NCBI GenBank assembly: GCA_963674785.1 | Contig: OY771555.1 | Location: 896,001-960,000 of the forward strand | Source of the DNA: Caldisericia bacterium | GTDB lineage: Bacteria > Caldisericota > Caldisericia > JAAYUI01 | Length of the DNA stretch: 64,000 nucleotides | Direction: 5' to 3' | Part shown: positions 39,082 to 48,458 of the stretch, piece after piece | Layout: each line of letters starts with the position of its first letter | Position numbering within the stretch: position 1 is the stretch's first letter | Made by a program: the position numbers and the translations under genes | The notes under the pieces: model-generated | Seen by the model: the letters and a program-made list of their open reading frames with translations, nothing else | Told to the model about the DNA's origin: nothing | Databases searched by the model: none

Positions 39082-39952
39082 AAAAAATCCAGTTACTGAT
39101 TACCTGATATTGGTTGCCGGTGTTCTTGGTATTTGTTTTGCCCCATCCCTGATTAAGATTGCACGGTCTCACGGGGTATCAGTTTTTGCAACGGCCTTCT
39201 GGCGAATTGCAGTTGGTGCTGTTTTTGTGACATTTATCGGCAAACCATGGCAAATCAAAGCAAGCAGAAAAGCGGTTCTTTTTGCAGTTGCCAGTGGAAT
39301 TTTTATGGCACTTCATTTTGTGGTTTGGGTGTGGTCTTTTGATTATGTTAGTGTTGCTGTTTCGGTTGTGCTTGTTACAACGGTTCCAATCTTTGCCGTA
39401 GCATTTGAATATCTTTTTCTGAAAAACAAACCAACTTCTAAAACTGTCTTTGGAGTTGCTTTGGCTATGGTTGGAGCAATCATTGTTTCTGCAACAGGGC
39501 TTTCATCTGGTTTTGGGCAAATCTTAGGGTCACTTCTTGCTCTTGCTGGTGCTCTTAATGCTGCCTGTTTCTTTTTTCTATCGAAACTCGCTCAGCAGGA
39601 GATGACATCATGGCAGACCATATCAGTTATGTTTGTAGCTGCTGCACTTGTTATGTTGATTTTTCTTCCATTTATCGGGGTCAGTTTGGTTGGATTTGAT
39701 AAAACTGGATGGTTTGCGGTGATAATGATGGGTCTTCTTTCTCAGCTTATCGGACAGTCGGCGCTAAATATTTCAGTTACTAGGCTTTCAACAACAATCA
39801 CAACAACTGCAGTCTTGTTTGAGCCTGTTGGTTCGTCGATTCTGGCTTGGTTCATGTTTGGTGAAATTATAACTCCACTGGTTTTTGTGGGTGGTGTTGT
39901 GATTATTTTTGGTGTGTGGTTGACAAATAAAAAAGATAAATTGTCAAAATGA
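39071..39952 (+). CDS. DMT/EamA family transporter
   Basis: About 10 TM helices with duplicated EamA pattern, EPVGS. Confidence 0.85.
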   Translation: MSNRKNPVTDYLILVAGVLGICFAPSLIKIARSHGVSVFATAFWRIAVGAVFVTFIGKPWQIKASRKAVLFAVASGIFMALHFVVWVWSFDYVSVAVSVVLVTTVPIFAVAFEYLFLKNKPTSKTVFGVALAMVGAIIVSATGLSSGFGQILGSLLALAGALNAACFFFLSKLAQQEMTSWQTISVMFVAAALVMLIFLPFIGVSLVGFDKTGWFAVIMMGLLSQLIGQSALNISVTRLSTTITTTAVLFEPVGSSILAWFMFGEIITPLVFVGGVVIIFGVWLTNKKDKLSK

Positions 39953-39978
39953 CAAAAAGTTAAATCCTTAACCATAGT

Positions 39979-40013
39979 GTGACAAAGGGGTGTCACACAT
40001 GATTTTATACCAT
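39979..40013 (+). promoter_or_regulatory. Palindromic operator plus -10 element, copy 2
   Basis: GTGACA-AAGGGG-TGTCAC-N11-TACCAT. Confidence 0.55.
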
Positions 40014-40019
40014 TGTGCC

Positions 40020-40904
40020 ATGAAAAAACTAAGCGATATTACTTCATGGGCAACTGAGCTTGATAAACGTTTACCAGAATCTGCGTTAAGACTTTTTTCA
40101 GATGGATTACTTATTGACCCTCTTGATAAAGTGAAGCTTTCGGCATCTGAATGGATTATCAACCATATATCTCCTGCTCCATACAACTATTCGACTAGAC
40201 AGAACAATATTATTGACACTGATAAGTCAAGATGGGGTAAGGTTTTCTGCAGGAAATACATGAATTGGGATGTAAGGGCAAGAATAAGCCAGACAAAAGG
40301 CATTGAGCTTACAAGAGCACAGTTTCGCAACAGACTGGTCATTAGAAATCATCAGATGGTTCCATACACATATCTTCTTCGGAGAGCCAGGTGCAGATTT
40401 GGTCCATTTGCATGTACCTTTGGTGATGGTTTTGTTGTTGGAGCACTCTACTGTCTTGCTGGCGGAGAGAGCGTTTTGCAACTCTTTTGGTTTAAAGAAG
40501 ATGGTAGGGCAACATCTCAACTCCTTCAAACAAGAGAAATATTTGGAAGCTTTGCTTTCACATTCAAAATCCTCGCTGAGAAGCTAATATACAAAGACAA
40601 AAATAATATCTTAAAAGAAGCACTCAATTTTCCAAAATGCGTTGATTCGATAGATATCGGCTCAAAAGATAAAATCATCTGTGTCAACTCATCTGAGAGA
40701 AACAACTGTTGGTTCAGCTTCAATGATCCTCAGAAGTACAGATGTACATTCGTAGAATCAATCTGCAGAAAAACAAAATTGTTTGAATTCGGGATTTGTT
40801 TTGAAGTGCAGGGTGATTATTATGCCAAGGTCATTGACGGACCAACACTCGAGGTTTCTCAGTTAAGATCATTCAATGGTGATGGACTCAAAAGGAAAAC
40901 ATAA
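40020..40904 (+). CDS. Hypothetical protein
   Basis: Long ORF with no recognised motif; start inferred from the -10 position. Confidence 0.55.
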   Translation: MKKLSDITSWATELDKRLPESALRLFSDGLLIDPLDKVKLSASEWIINHISPAPYNYSTRQNNIIDTDKSRWGKVFCRKYMNWDVRARISQTKGIELTRAQFRNRLVIRNHQMVPYTYLLRRARCRFGPFACTFGDGFVVGALYCLAGGESVLQLFWFKEDGRATSQLLQTREIFGSFAFTFKILAEKLIYKDKNNILKEALNFPKCVDSIDIGSKDKIICVNSSERNNCWFSFNDPQKYRCTFVESICRKTKLFEFGICFEVQGDYYAKVIDGPTLEVSQLRSFNGDGLKRKT

Positions 40905-42286
40905 CCTGACAAATAATCAGTATAGGTCTTTGAATCCTCTGGCATGTTCTCAATCAATAACTTTTCATTGTCGATTGTGTATGAGGTAAACTCACCGGTA
41001 TCCAGATCGAGAAGCTGATTCGAGAAAATCCTGTATTTTTTGATTTTTCCAGTTGCAAAGAAAATATATGGGACAACCTCATGATTTTTTCCAGTTTCAA
41101 TCAGAAGTTCCCCACTTATTTTTTTAAATGCCGGGAGCCCTTTTGGGTCAACCTCAATTTTGGCAAGAAAGCCATCATTTTCTTCACTAATTGATTTTAT
41201 ACTTATGCCTTTACCTTTAATGGCTACCCTCGGAAAGTTGTCAGTTTTAATGAATACAGAGTGAATTGATGATTCTGATATGTTGCCAAGATTCAGGATT
41301 CTTGGCCATACTTCAACTTCAGGTTTTCTTGAAGTGAGCGTCAGGGAGAGACATTCTTCGTTTGTAAGAACAAAAAGCTGTTCACCTGCAACAGCCATAT
41401 CAAGTGGTAGCTTTTTTGTTATCTCAAACTGGAATTTCTCCTGCCCCCAAAGGGTGTGACCTGAAAGAAGTCCATTATCCCAAATAATAAGAATTGTTTC
41501 GTTTTCCCAAAGTGTGAAATCAATTGGGTAGGATTGTTTGTTTTTGACAATTTTTCCAGTTAGCTCCAAATCCTTTGAAAAAGTGTAAACCCAATTCTTA
41601 GGGGAATGATTAGAAGTGCTTTGCATCAATGCAAAAACTGAGTCTTCAGTTTGAATTATCTTTGTTGGAACAAGGAATGGGTCGAAATTATCTCTTGATG
41701 ATAACCCGTCTGTCTCTGTGTTTTTGATTCTTCCGTCATCGGTGATTTGATAGATTTCTGTGTTCTTCTTGATTTTGGTTTTCTCGACCATTGTTTCGAT
41801 ACGTTTTTCAAAATCAGAGAACTTAAAGCAGATGTTTCCATCAATTTCAATTATTTCTCCCGAGGATGTCCTTTCTAACTGCTTTACAGGAGTAAATTCA
41901 ATCTTTGTGTTTTTTACCTCGTAACCCCAAGAGTTTTTGAAAGTGGCAACTTTCTCTCCAGAAAATTTCAAAAAGAGTGTACCGTCTAATTCTCCAGCAA
42001 AAAGTATTTCAGGTTTTGGCCATGAAAGCCCTTCTGGAAGTCTGTCTGAGAAATTACCATTTGGATACCCTATGTTTTCCCAGCCTTCGTCTTTTCTCTG
42101 AAAAATTGAATTCTGCGAGATTTTATAGTTTTCTGATTCAAAGATAATATCAGAGATTGGATTATCAATTTGCCATGTTTTCTCAACCTTCACTCTTACT
42201 GGCATGTTACTATCTGGAATTACAAAAGCATATATTGCAGCAAACACTACAAGACCACACAAAACCCATAATAAACTTTTTTTCAT
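40859..42286 (-). CDS. Hypothetical membrane-anchored exported protein (beta-rich, Ig-like C-terminal part)
   Basis: MKKSLLWVLCGLVVFAAIYAFV anchor; last gene of the ECF operon. Confidence 0.65.
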   Translation of the reverse strand: MKKSLLWVLCGLVVFAAIYAFVIPDSNMPVRVKVEKTWQIDNPISDIIFESENYKISQNSIFQRKDEGWENIGYPNGNFSDRLPEGLSWPKPEILFAGELDGTLFLKFSGEKVATFKNSWGYEVKNTKIEFTPVKQLERTSSGEIIEIDGNICFKFSDFEKRIETMVEKTKIKKNTEIYQITDDGRIKNTETDGLSSRDNFDPFLVPTKIIQTEDSVFALMQSTSNHSPKNWVYTFSKDLELTGKIVKNKQSYPIDFTLWENETILIIWDNGLLSGHTLWGQEKFQFEITKKLPLDMAVAGEQLFVLTNEECLSLTLTSRKPEVEVWPRILNLGNISESSIHSVFIKTDNFPRVAIKGKGISIKSISEENDGFLAKIEVDPKGLPAFKKISGELLIETGKNHEVVPYIFFATGKIKKYRIFSNQLLDLDTGEFTSYTIDNEKLLIENMPEDSKTYTDYLSGYVFLLSPSPLNDLN

Positions 42287-42867
42287 AAAAGACCCCCAAG
42301 ATAACAAATTCCACCAGATAAAATTAGATGAATGATTATCAGAGAGATTAGCTTCAGAGTAGATGAATCATTTTCGGTGGCGATCATCCAAAGGAGAATG
42401 TATCTAAATAAAACAAGTATCAACGCTGGGTAAAGTAGAAGAATAGCCTCAAAAATAGCGTTAGCGGTCAACCCCGAAAAAGGAAGTATTTTATAAAGGT
42501 TCCAGAAAATCTCGTGATACAGGAAACCAATCAAAGCCAGACCAAAACAGCAGAGCTGGATGAGCGTAAAATTATTTATGTATCCGTTTATCCCTTTTTT
42601 CCCATACACAATAAACATTGGAAGAAATATTGAGAATATCTGTGTTCCAAGAGAAAAAAGGAAGAGTGGAAAGAGTTTTAGTTCCGGGGTTGGAAAGAGA
42701 GTTATCCCAAAGATGCTTGGGGAAAGTGAATTTGAAAGAAGAAGTAAAAATGAAGCAAGGATGATAAATGCTCCAGCAAGGATCGATTGCCAAATTGGTA
42801 TCTGCATCCCAATTGCTTCCCTTGGGGAGATAAAAAGCATTTTGATTTGAAGGAAAACTTTTTTCAT
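42283..42867 (-). CDS. Polytopic membrane protein (Yip1-like)
   Basis: MLFISPREAI start motif and about 5 TM helices. Confidence 0.6.
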   Translation of the reverse strand: MKKVFLQIKMLFISPREAIGMQIPIWQSILAGAFIILASFLLLLSNSLSPSIFGITLFPTPELKLFPLFLFSLGTQIFSIFLPMFIVYGKKGINGYINNFTLIQLCCFGLALIGFLYHEIFWNLYKILPFSGLTANAIFEAILLLYPALILVLFRYILLWMIATENDSSTLKLISLIIIHLILSGGICYLGGLL

Positions 42868-43109
42868 CCACCTACCACCGAGAGAAGAAAGTTAACAAAG
42901 TCTGGTAAAAGGTCTGTTCTTTGGGTGATAATAAGAACTGAAAAAACGGCTGTAACAAGAGCAAAAGACCATCCAACCGCTGATTGAATTGGATGTGCTC
43001 TGTTGTACGATCCAATATTTTCAAGGGCAACCCGCAGCTTTGGGATGAAACTTTCACTTAGAATTGTTCCTGGTTTTGCTTGATTTATTTTATTATCTAT
43101 TTCTTTCAT
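42864..43109 (-). CDS. Putative small anti-sigma factor
   Basis: Overlaps the ECF stop; one C-terminal TM. Confidence 0.55.
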   Translation of the reverse strand: MKEIDNKINQAKPGTILSESFIPKLRVALENIGSYNRAHPIQSAVGWSFALVTAVFSVLIITQRTDLLPDFVNFLLSVVGG

Positions 43110-43629
43110 TTGAGTTCCCTGACAAAATGCTTTTCATTTTTTCCTTTGCGTGAAAAATTCTTGACTTCACAGTCCCAATTGGAATCTTTAGAAGCTTAGA
43201 AATCTCTCCCATTGTAAGTCCTTCATAAAAATCCAGAAGAAGCGGGAGCCTGAATTTTTCTGGTAGATTCATAATCTCTCTTCTAACATCAAGCACAACG
43301 GCATCATCATTTGGGTCTCCCCAGTCAATCTCAATATCAAGCGGAAGTTTTCGCTTGTTTTTTCTGTAGAAATCAATTGCAAGATTTTTTGCGATTCTGA
43401 TAACCCAGTTTTCAAAAGGAATACCGGGTTTAAGTGAGTGAATCTTTGTGAAAGCTTTAAGGAAAGCCTCCTGTGTGATTTCCTCGGCGATTGCCTTGTT
43501 CCCTGTAACATACAAACAAACCCTCGCAACTTTTTCCATGCAAGTTTTTGTGAGAGAAATAAACGCTTCCTTATCGCCATTTCTCGCATCCTCTGTGAGT
43601 TTACTCGTTGTTTCCAGTTCATCTGACAT
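43093..43629 (-). CDS. ECF RNA polymerase sigma factor
   Basis: EEITQEAFLKAF, WVIRIAKN, EISKLLKIPIGTVKSRIFHAK. Confidence 0.9.
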   Translation of the reverse strand: MSDELETTSKLTEDARNGDKEAFISLTKTCMEKVARVCLYVTGNKAIAEEITQEAFLKAFTKIHSLKPGIPFENWVIRIAKNLAIDFYRKNKRKLPLDIEIDWGDPNDDAVVLDVRREIMNLPEKFRLPLLLDFYEGLTMGEISKLLKIPIGTVKSRIFHAKEKMKSILSGNSNERNR

Positions 43630-43648
43630 GTCATTTTGTACTACTTAT

Positions 43649-43676
43649 CAAACGAACAGAACCATGTGATGGTTCA
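43649..43676 (-). promoter_or_regulatory. Putative autoregulatory ECF promoter
   Basis: TGAACC-N16-CGTT upstream of the sigma gene, resembling the SigW-type consensus TGAAAC-N16-CGTA. Confidence 0.5.
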
Positions 43677-43679
43677 AAA

Positions 43680-45017
43680 TTATTCATCACCCCAGTTTCC
43701 AGCTCCACCCTCTCTGGCAAGCACTTCAAATCTGGTGTACTGGTTAAGGAATTTGAGACCGATCATTCCAACTGGACCGTTTCTCTGCTTGGCAAGAATC
43801 AGGTTGATGATTCCTTGACCTCGTTCCTGTTCTGAGGCAGGACGGGATAGGAACATGACCACATCTGCGTCTTGCTCAATTGAGCCACTCTCTCTCAAGT
43901 CTGAAAGCACCGGTCTGTGGTCTTGCCTCTGCTCAACTGACCTTGAAAGCTGCGACTGGACAATAATTGGAACTGAAAGCTCTCTGGCAAGTCCTTTAAG
44001 TGACCTTGTGATATGGGAGACTTCTTGAGTCCTGTTTTCTGTTTTTGTTTTTGTGTGAAGAAGCTGGAGGTAGTCAATGATTATCATCTTGATGTCTTTG
44101 TCCATGGCAAGCTTTCGGGCTTTTGCACGAAGCTCAAGCACGGTCATGTCAGCTGAGTCGTCAATATAGATTGGTAGTTGATTTATATCACCCAGCTTTT
44201 TTGCCATTCTCTCCCAGGCATCTTCGGAGAGTTTTCCTCGCCTCATGTCTTGAGAATTGATCCTCGCCTCAGAACTTATGATTCTTTGGGCAAGTGACTC
44301 TTTTGACATTTCGAGAGAAAATATTGCAACACCATCGCCTTTTCTTGCAATATTGCAAGCAACATTGATTCCAAGAGCAGATTTTCCAACAGATGGCCTT
44401 GCTGCGAGAATGATGAGGTCTGATGATTGGAAACCTGCTGTCATCTTATCAAGATCAGCAAATCCTGATGCAACACCGGTAATTCCTGTTCCAGCCTGAT
44501 GGATTTCCTCAAGTCTATCAATTACGGGATTCAGTAGTTTGTTGAGAGCTGTGAAACCTGCAGATTTTTTCCTGAGTGAGATTTCAAATATTTTTTTTTC
44601 GGCAGTATCGAGTGCTGCGTTGGAATCAATATCATCAAGATAACCCATTCCAGCAATCTCTTCACCAACTCTGATGATGTTTCGAAGGATTGATTTTTGG
44701 GAAACGATTGTTGCATAATAGTTGAGGTTTGCGGATGTTGGAGTGGCGTTTGTTAAATCCATCAGATAACCCATCCCACCAGACTGATCGAGTATCTTTT
44801 GTTGTTTCAGTTCCTCTGAGACTGTGAGCATGTCCACAGGACGTGATGTTTCATAGAGCCTTTCGATTGACTCGAAAATCATTTTGTGGCGAGGCTCATA
44901 GAAATCATCCGCTGTGATTTTAACTTCGAGTTTAGCAAATCCATCGGGGTCGATGAGGATTCCACCAAGAGTCGCCTGCTCTGCCTCAATTGAAAATGGG
45001 GGGATTCTTGTTTCCAT
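43680..45017 (-). CDS. dnaB: Replicative DNA helicase
   Basis: PPFSIEAEQ, AARPSVGKS, IDYLQL, SDLRESGSIEQDAD, AKQRNGP. Confidence 0.97.
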   Translation of the reverse strand: METRIPPFSIEAEQATLGGILIDPDGFAKLEVKITADDFYEPRHKMIFESIERLYETSRPVDMLTVSEELKQQKILDQSGGMGYLMDLTNATPTSANLNYYATIVSQKSILRNIIRVGEEIAGMGYLDDIDSNAALDTAEKKIFEISLRKKSAGFTALNKLLNPVIDRLEEIHQAGTGITGVASGFADLDKMTAGFQSSDLIILAARPSVGKSALGINVACNIARKGDGVAIFSLEMSKESLAQRIISSEARINSQDMRRGKLSEDAWERMAKKLGDINQLPIYIDDSADMTVLELRAKARKLAMDKDIKMIIIDYLQLLHTKTKTENRTQEVSHITRSLKGLARELSVPIIVQSQLSRSVEQRQDHRPVLSDLRESGSIEQDADVVMFLSRPASEQERGQGIINLILAKQRNGPVGMIGLKFLNQYTRFEVLAREGGAGNWGDE

Positions 45018-45110
45018 ATTGTGCCATATATTAGCCTGTAATTTTACAAAGGGCAAGCAATAAACCAAAATAGAAATTGAAACTTTTACAAATTATGTTA
45101 TAGTCTTCCT

Positions 45111-45851
45111 GTGGACTGGACTGAAAGCTATTTTGATTCATTTTATGCGGATGCCTTTTTGTCAGAAATTGACGAAAAAAGAACAAGGGCTCAGGTAGAT
45201 ATAATTCTTGCCAATCTTGGTCTCGATACTCCGGCAATGATTGCAGATATTGGCTGCGGACTGGGAAGGCATACAATTGAGCTTGCGAAACGTGGCTATG
45301 TTGTACAGGGATTCGATTCCAATGCTGAGTATCTGAAACGTGCGACTGAATCTGCTGCAAGACAAAACGCAAAAAACGCTTTTTTTGTTCACATGGACAT
45401 GAGGGATTTTTTATTCAAGGAAGAGTTTGATGCACTGATTTCTGTGTGGGTTTCATTTGGATATTTTGATGATGAAACAAATGCAGATGTGTTTGCAAGG
45501 ATGATCAAAAGTGTAAAACCGGGTGGCAACGTTTTTATTGATGTTGAAAACCGTGAATATATCCTTCAGCATTTTCAGCCACAGTCTTGGAAAATGAAGG
45601 GCGACACTCTGATTCTTGAACGAAGCAGCTTTGACCACAATAGATCAATGAATGTCTGCAAAAGAATGATTTTGAGAAAAGGTCAAAAAACCACAACAAA
45701 AAGAGAAATCAGATTATATTCAGCTCATGAGCTGATGGCTCTTGCCCATGCAAACGATCTTTATGATATTAAACTGCTTGGTGATTGGGAAGGAACACCA
45801 TACAGTGTTAGAAGTCCAAGACTTATCCTTACCGCTCGAGTTGGTTTGTAG
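45111..45851 (+). CDS. Class I SAM-dependent methyltransferase
   Basis: DIGCGLGRH, DMRD, SFGYF. Confidence 0.88.
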   Translation: MDWTESYFDSFYADAFLSEIDEKRTRAQVDIILANLGLDTPAMIADIGCGLGRHTIELAKRGYVVQGFDSNAEYLKRATESAARQNAKNAFFVHMDMRDFLFKEEFDALISVWVSFGYFDDETNADVFARMIKSVKPGGNVFIDVENREYILQHFQPQSWKMKGDTLILERSSFDHNRSMNVCKRMILRKGQKTTTKREIRLYSAHELMALAHANDLYDIKLLGDWEGTPYSVRSPRLILTARVGL

Positions 45852-45860
45852 GAGTTATTT

Positions 45861-48458
45861 ATGCGAAAACTGACAATCTTTCTTACTGTTCTCACAATAA
45901 TTTTTTCTTTGGGTGTTACTTATGCGGAGTATGAAAACCCGGATCATCATGGTGTATGGATTGAGGCAGAGACTGCAACATTAATTGGTTGTAAAGAAGC
46001 CTACACCGAAAATTTCCTAGAGTATAATTATTCAGCAAGCAAAGAGGGCTTTTTGAGATTAAATCTCTCACCGACTGATGAGCTTGCATCAAAAAATAGC
46101 ATTTCACTTGAATGGGTTATCAGAGAAAAATATGGAATAGATTTTAGAAGCCTTTGGGTTTCTGCTACTAACTTTGGAAATTCCATGCCAGAAATCTCTT
46201 TTACTGCTGAGAATATTGAAGGTTTTAATATTATTAGCCTTTCAGGTGATGCTGTTATGATAGAGAAGGGCTCATCATATGGGGATTTCACCTGGTTGAA
46301 GTATGAAATTCCTTTCAATCTAAAATATGGTCAGCCTACAACCTATAAACTCACAATGAGTATTCAAACAGACTCTCCTTTTGATATTGGCTTAGATGCG
46401 ATTTATATATCTGACGACAAATATACTCCATATTCAAAGTCCTCTCCACTGGCTGATGCAACATTCCAATATGCGTCAAAAAAACTTCAGATAATTAATC
46501 CCCCACTGACAACTGATTTCACTGACAAACTGATTGTAAAACCTGATGACTTAGTAGATGAAATCTCATCAAAAACACCAGCTGGTGTGAAGCATTCTTT
46601 TGTGATCGGAATAAATGGTGGAGTCGACCTTGGTGATGTCCAGCTTATTAATAATTTTCCTTTGGAAAACGATAACGGAGACAAACTTCCTGAGATCGAT
46701 TTTTCAATTGTTTCTTATATGAGAAAAAGATTTGCATGGACAGGGAGTGTAAAGGATGTTGTGACATCTCCCGAGTATCTTACGCCTGGAAATTCAGCCC
46801 CTATCAGGGAAGGAAAAACAGAGTTCTTTTGGTTGAGTGTTGATATTCCGGTAGATACAAAACCTGGAATCTACAAAACTCGATTACTGATTGATACAGA
46901 GCCTGTGGAAGATTTGATGTTCCCCATAAATATTGAGGTTTTGCCATACAAGGTTGACATTAATGACTTCCCAGAAAAGCTTGAAGTTTCAAAGCTTGGT
47001 TCAGTAAAAGTAACCGACAGAATAATCTTCCAGTCGATTCCTCATACTGATGAGGCGGTTGATAAGAAGATAACGATGGATGAAGCCTGGAAAAGGTGGG
47101 AAGCTGATCTTGAGGAAATCTCATCCCATGGTTTCAATTGCCTTGTTTTCAAACTTCCAACAATCAAAAGTCCAGTCTATTTTCCGGATACTGAAAAATT
47201 GGAAAAGATTTCAACCCTTGCCAAACAAAACAAATTTAAAAGATTGTTTGTAGATATTACAGGGGCAACAGAAGATTGTTTCGAGGTTGAGGGAAGATAC
47301 TTCCTGGAGGAATACCCAAGGGAACTTGAAAAAATTGCAAAAACTGTCTCAGATGCTGGAGTTGAGACTGTTTTGTATTATGATTTCGAAAAATTTGAAA
47401 CTGAGCAAACATCTCTTCTTCACGAAGCCTTTGATTTGATGGAGAGTAAACCTCTCATATCAGCAAGCTATTCTGAAGTAAATACAGGTTTTTCAAAGGT
47501 TGATATTCCACTTTATCCTCATGACGAAATTGACTGGATTAGGGAATCTAAAAAACTTTCAAATGGAAATTGGATTTTCGAACCGAAAGTCCATCATGGT
47601 AGACACAAAGAGATGAGACTCCTTTCTGGGCTTTATTCTCTTTCGTCAAAATCTCCAATCTGTGGAATCAGTATTTTCAATGTTCCATATGGAAATTCGG
47701 AAAATGATTTTGATATCATGCTTGATGCTGTTCGTTATACTCCAGGTGATTACATGATGGTCTACACAAAAGAAGGCTACGAGATGTATCCTTCCTTGAA
47801 ATGGGAATGTTTTTATGAGGGGCTTGTCGACCGGGCTCTGATGGATATTCTCCTTGAAAAAATTGCCAATAACACGAAGAGTGAATCATCAGTTGCTGCG
47901 ATGGAATTTCTGAAATTTATTGCTCCAATGAATGCCACTTTTAAGGATGTTTCAAATTCATTTTCACCTGAGGAATTAAGGCTTATAAGAGATAGATTGA
48001 TCGATTACATAATCTGGCGAGATGGTGGAGAAAAGGTTGAAAACCCATGCGTAAGAAGGGACGTAATTTTCAAAATCGGTTCAAAGATATTTAGATCAAA
48101 CGGCGTTGAATCCGAGATGACAGTTGAACCTGTGATCATTGATGGGTCAACATTTATTCCTGCAAGATATTTGGTTGAACCACTTGGTGGAACTGCATCC
48201 TGGGAAGGTTCAACTCGAACTGTAATCCTTGAAGCACTTGGACACAAAGTTGAATTAGTGATAGATAAGGCTGATGCAAAAAGTGATGGCGAAAATGTCA
48301 CCTTGTCAAAGCCACCAACAATAGTAAATGGAAGAACGCTTATCCCTTTCAGAGCAGCAAGCACATTACTTGGCGCAGAGGTTTCATGGAATGCACAAAC
48401 AAGAGAGGCAATCTGTGATTTTGACCTCGGAAAAAGACTTTTGATGGAGATTGAATGA
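45861..48458 (+). CDS. Secreted protein with glycoside-hydrolase-like central region and C-terminal copper-amine-oxidase-N (stalk) domain
   Basis: Signal peptide; FWLSVDIPVDTKPGIY, PSLKWECFYEGLVD; PVIIDGSTFIPAR, GRTLIPFRA. Confidence 0.7.
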   Translation: MRKLTIFLTVLTIIFSLGVTYAEYENPDHHGVWIEAETATLIGCKEAYTENFLEYNYSASKEGFLRLNLSPTDELASKNSISLEWVIREKYGIDFRSLWVSATNFGNSMPEISFTAENIEGFNIISLSGDAVMIEKGSSYGDFTWLKYEIPFNLKYGQPTTYKLTMSIQTDSPFDIGLDAIYISDDKYTPYSKSSPLADATFQYASKKLQIINPPLTTDFTDKLIVKPDDLVDEISSKTPAGVKHSFVIGINGGVDLGDVQLINNFPLENDNGDKLPEIDFSIVSYMRKRFAWTGSVKDVVTSPEYLTPGNSAPIREGKTEFFWLSVDIPVDTKPGIYKTRLLIDTEPVEDLMFPINIEVLPYKVDINDFPEKLEVSKLGSVKVTDRIIFQSIPHTDEAVDKKITMDEAWKRWEADLEEISSHGFNCLVFKLPTIKSPVYFPDTEKLEKISTLAKQNKFKRLFVDITGATEDCFEVEGRYFLEEYPRELEKIAKTVSDAGVETVLYYDFEKFETEQTSLLHEAFDLMESKPLISASYSEVNTGFSKVDIPLYPHDEIDWIRESKKLSNGNWIFEPKVHHGRHKEMRLLSGLYSLSSKSPICGISIFNVPYGNSENDFDIMLDAVRYTPGDYMMVYTKEGYEMYPSLKWECFYEGLVDRALMDILLEKIANNTKSESSVAAMEFLKFIAPMNATFKDVSNSFSPEELRLIRDRLIDYIIWRDGGEKVENPCVRRDVIFKIGSKIFRSNGVESEMTVEPVIIDGSTFIPARYLVEPLGGTASWEGSTRTVILEALGHKVELVIDKADAKSDGENVTLSKPPTIVNGRTLIPFRAASTLLGAEVSWNAQTREAICDFDLGKRLLMEIE

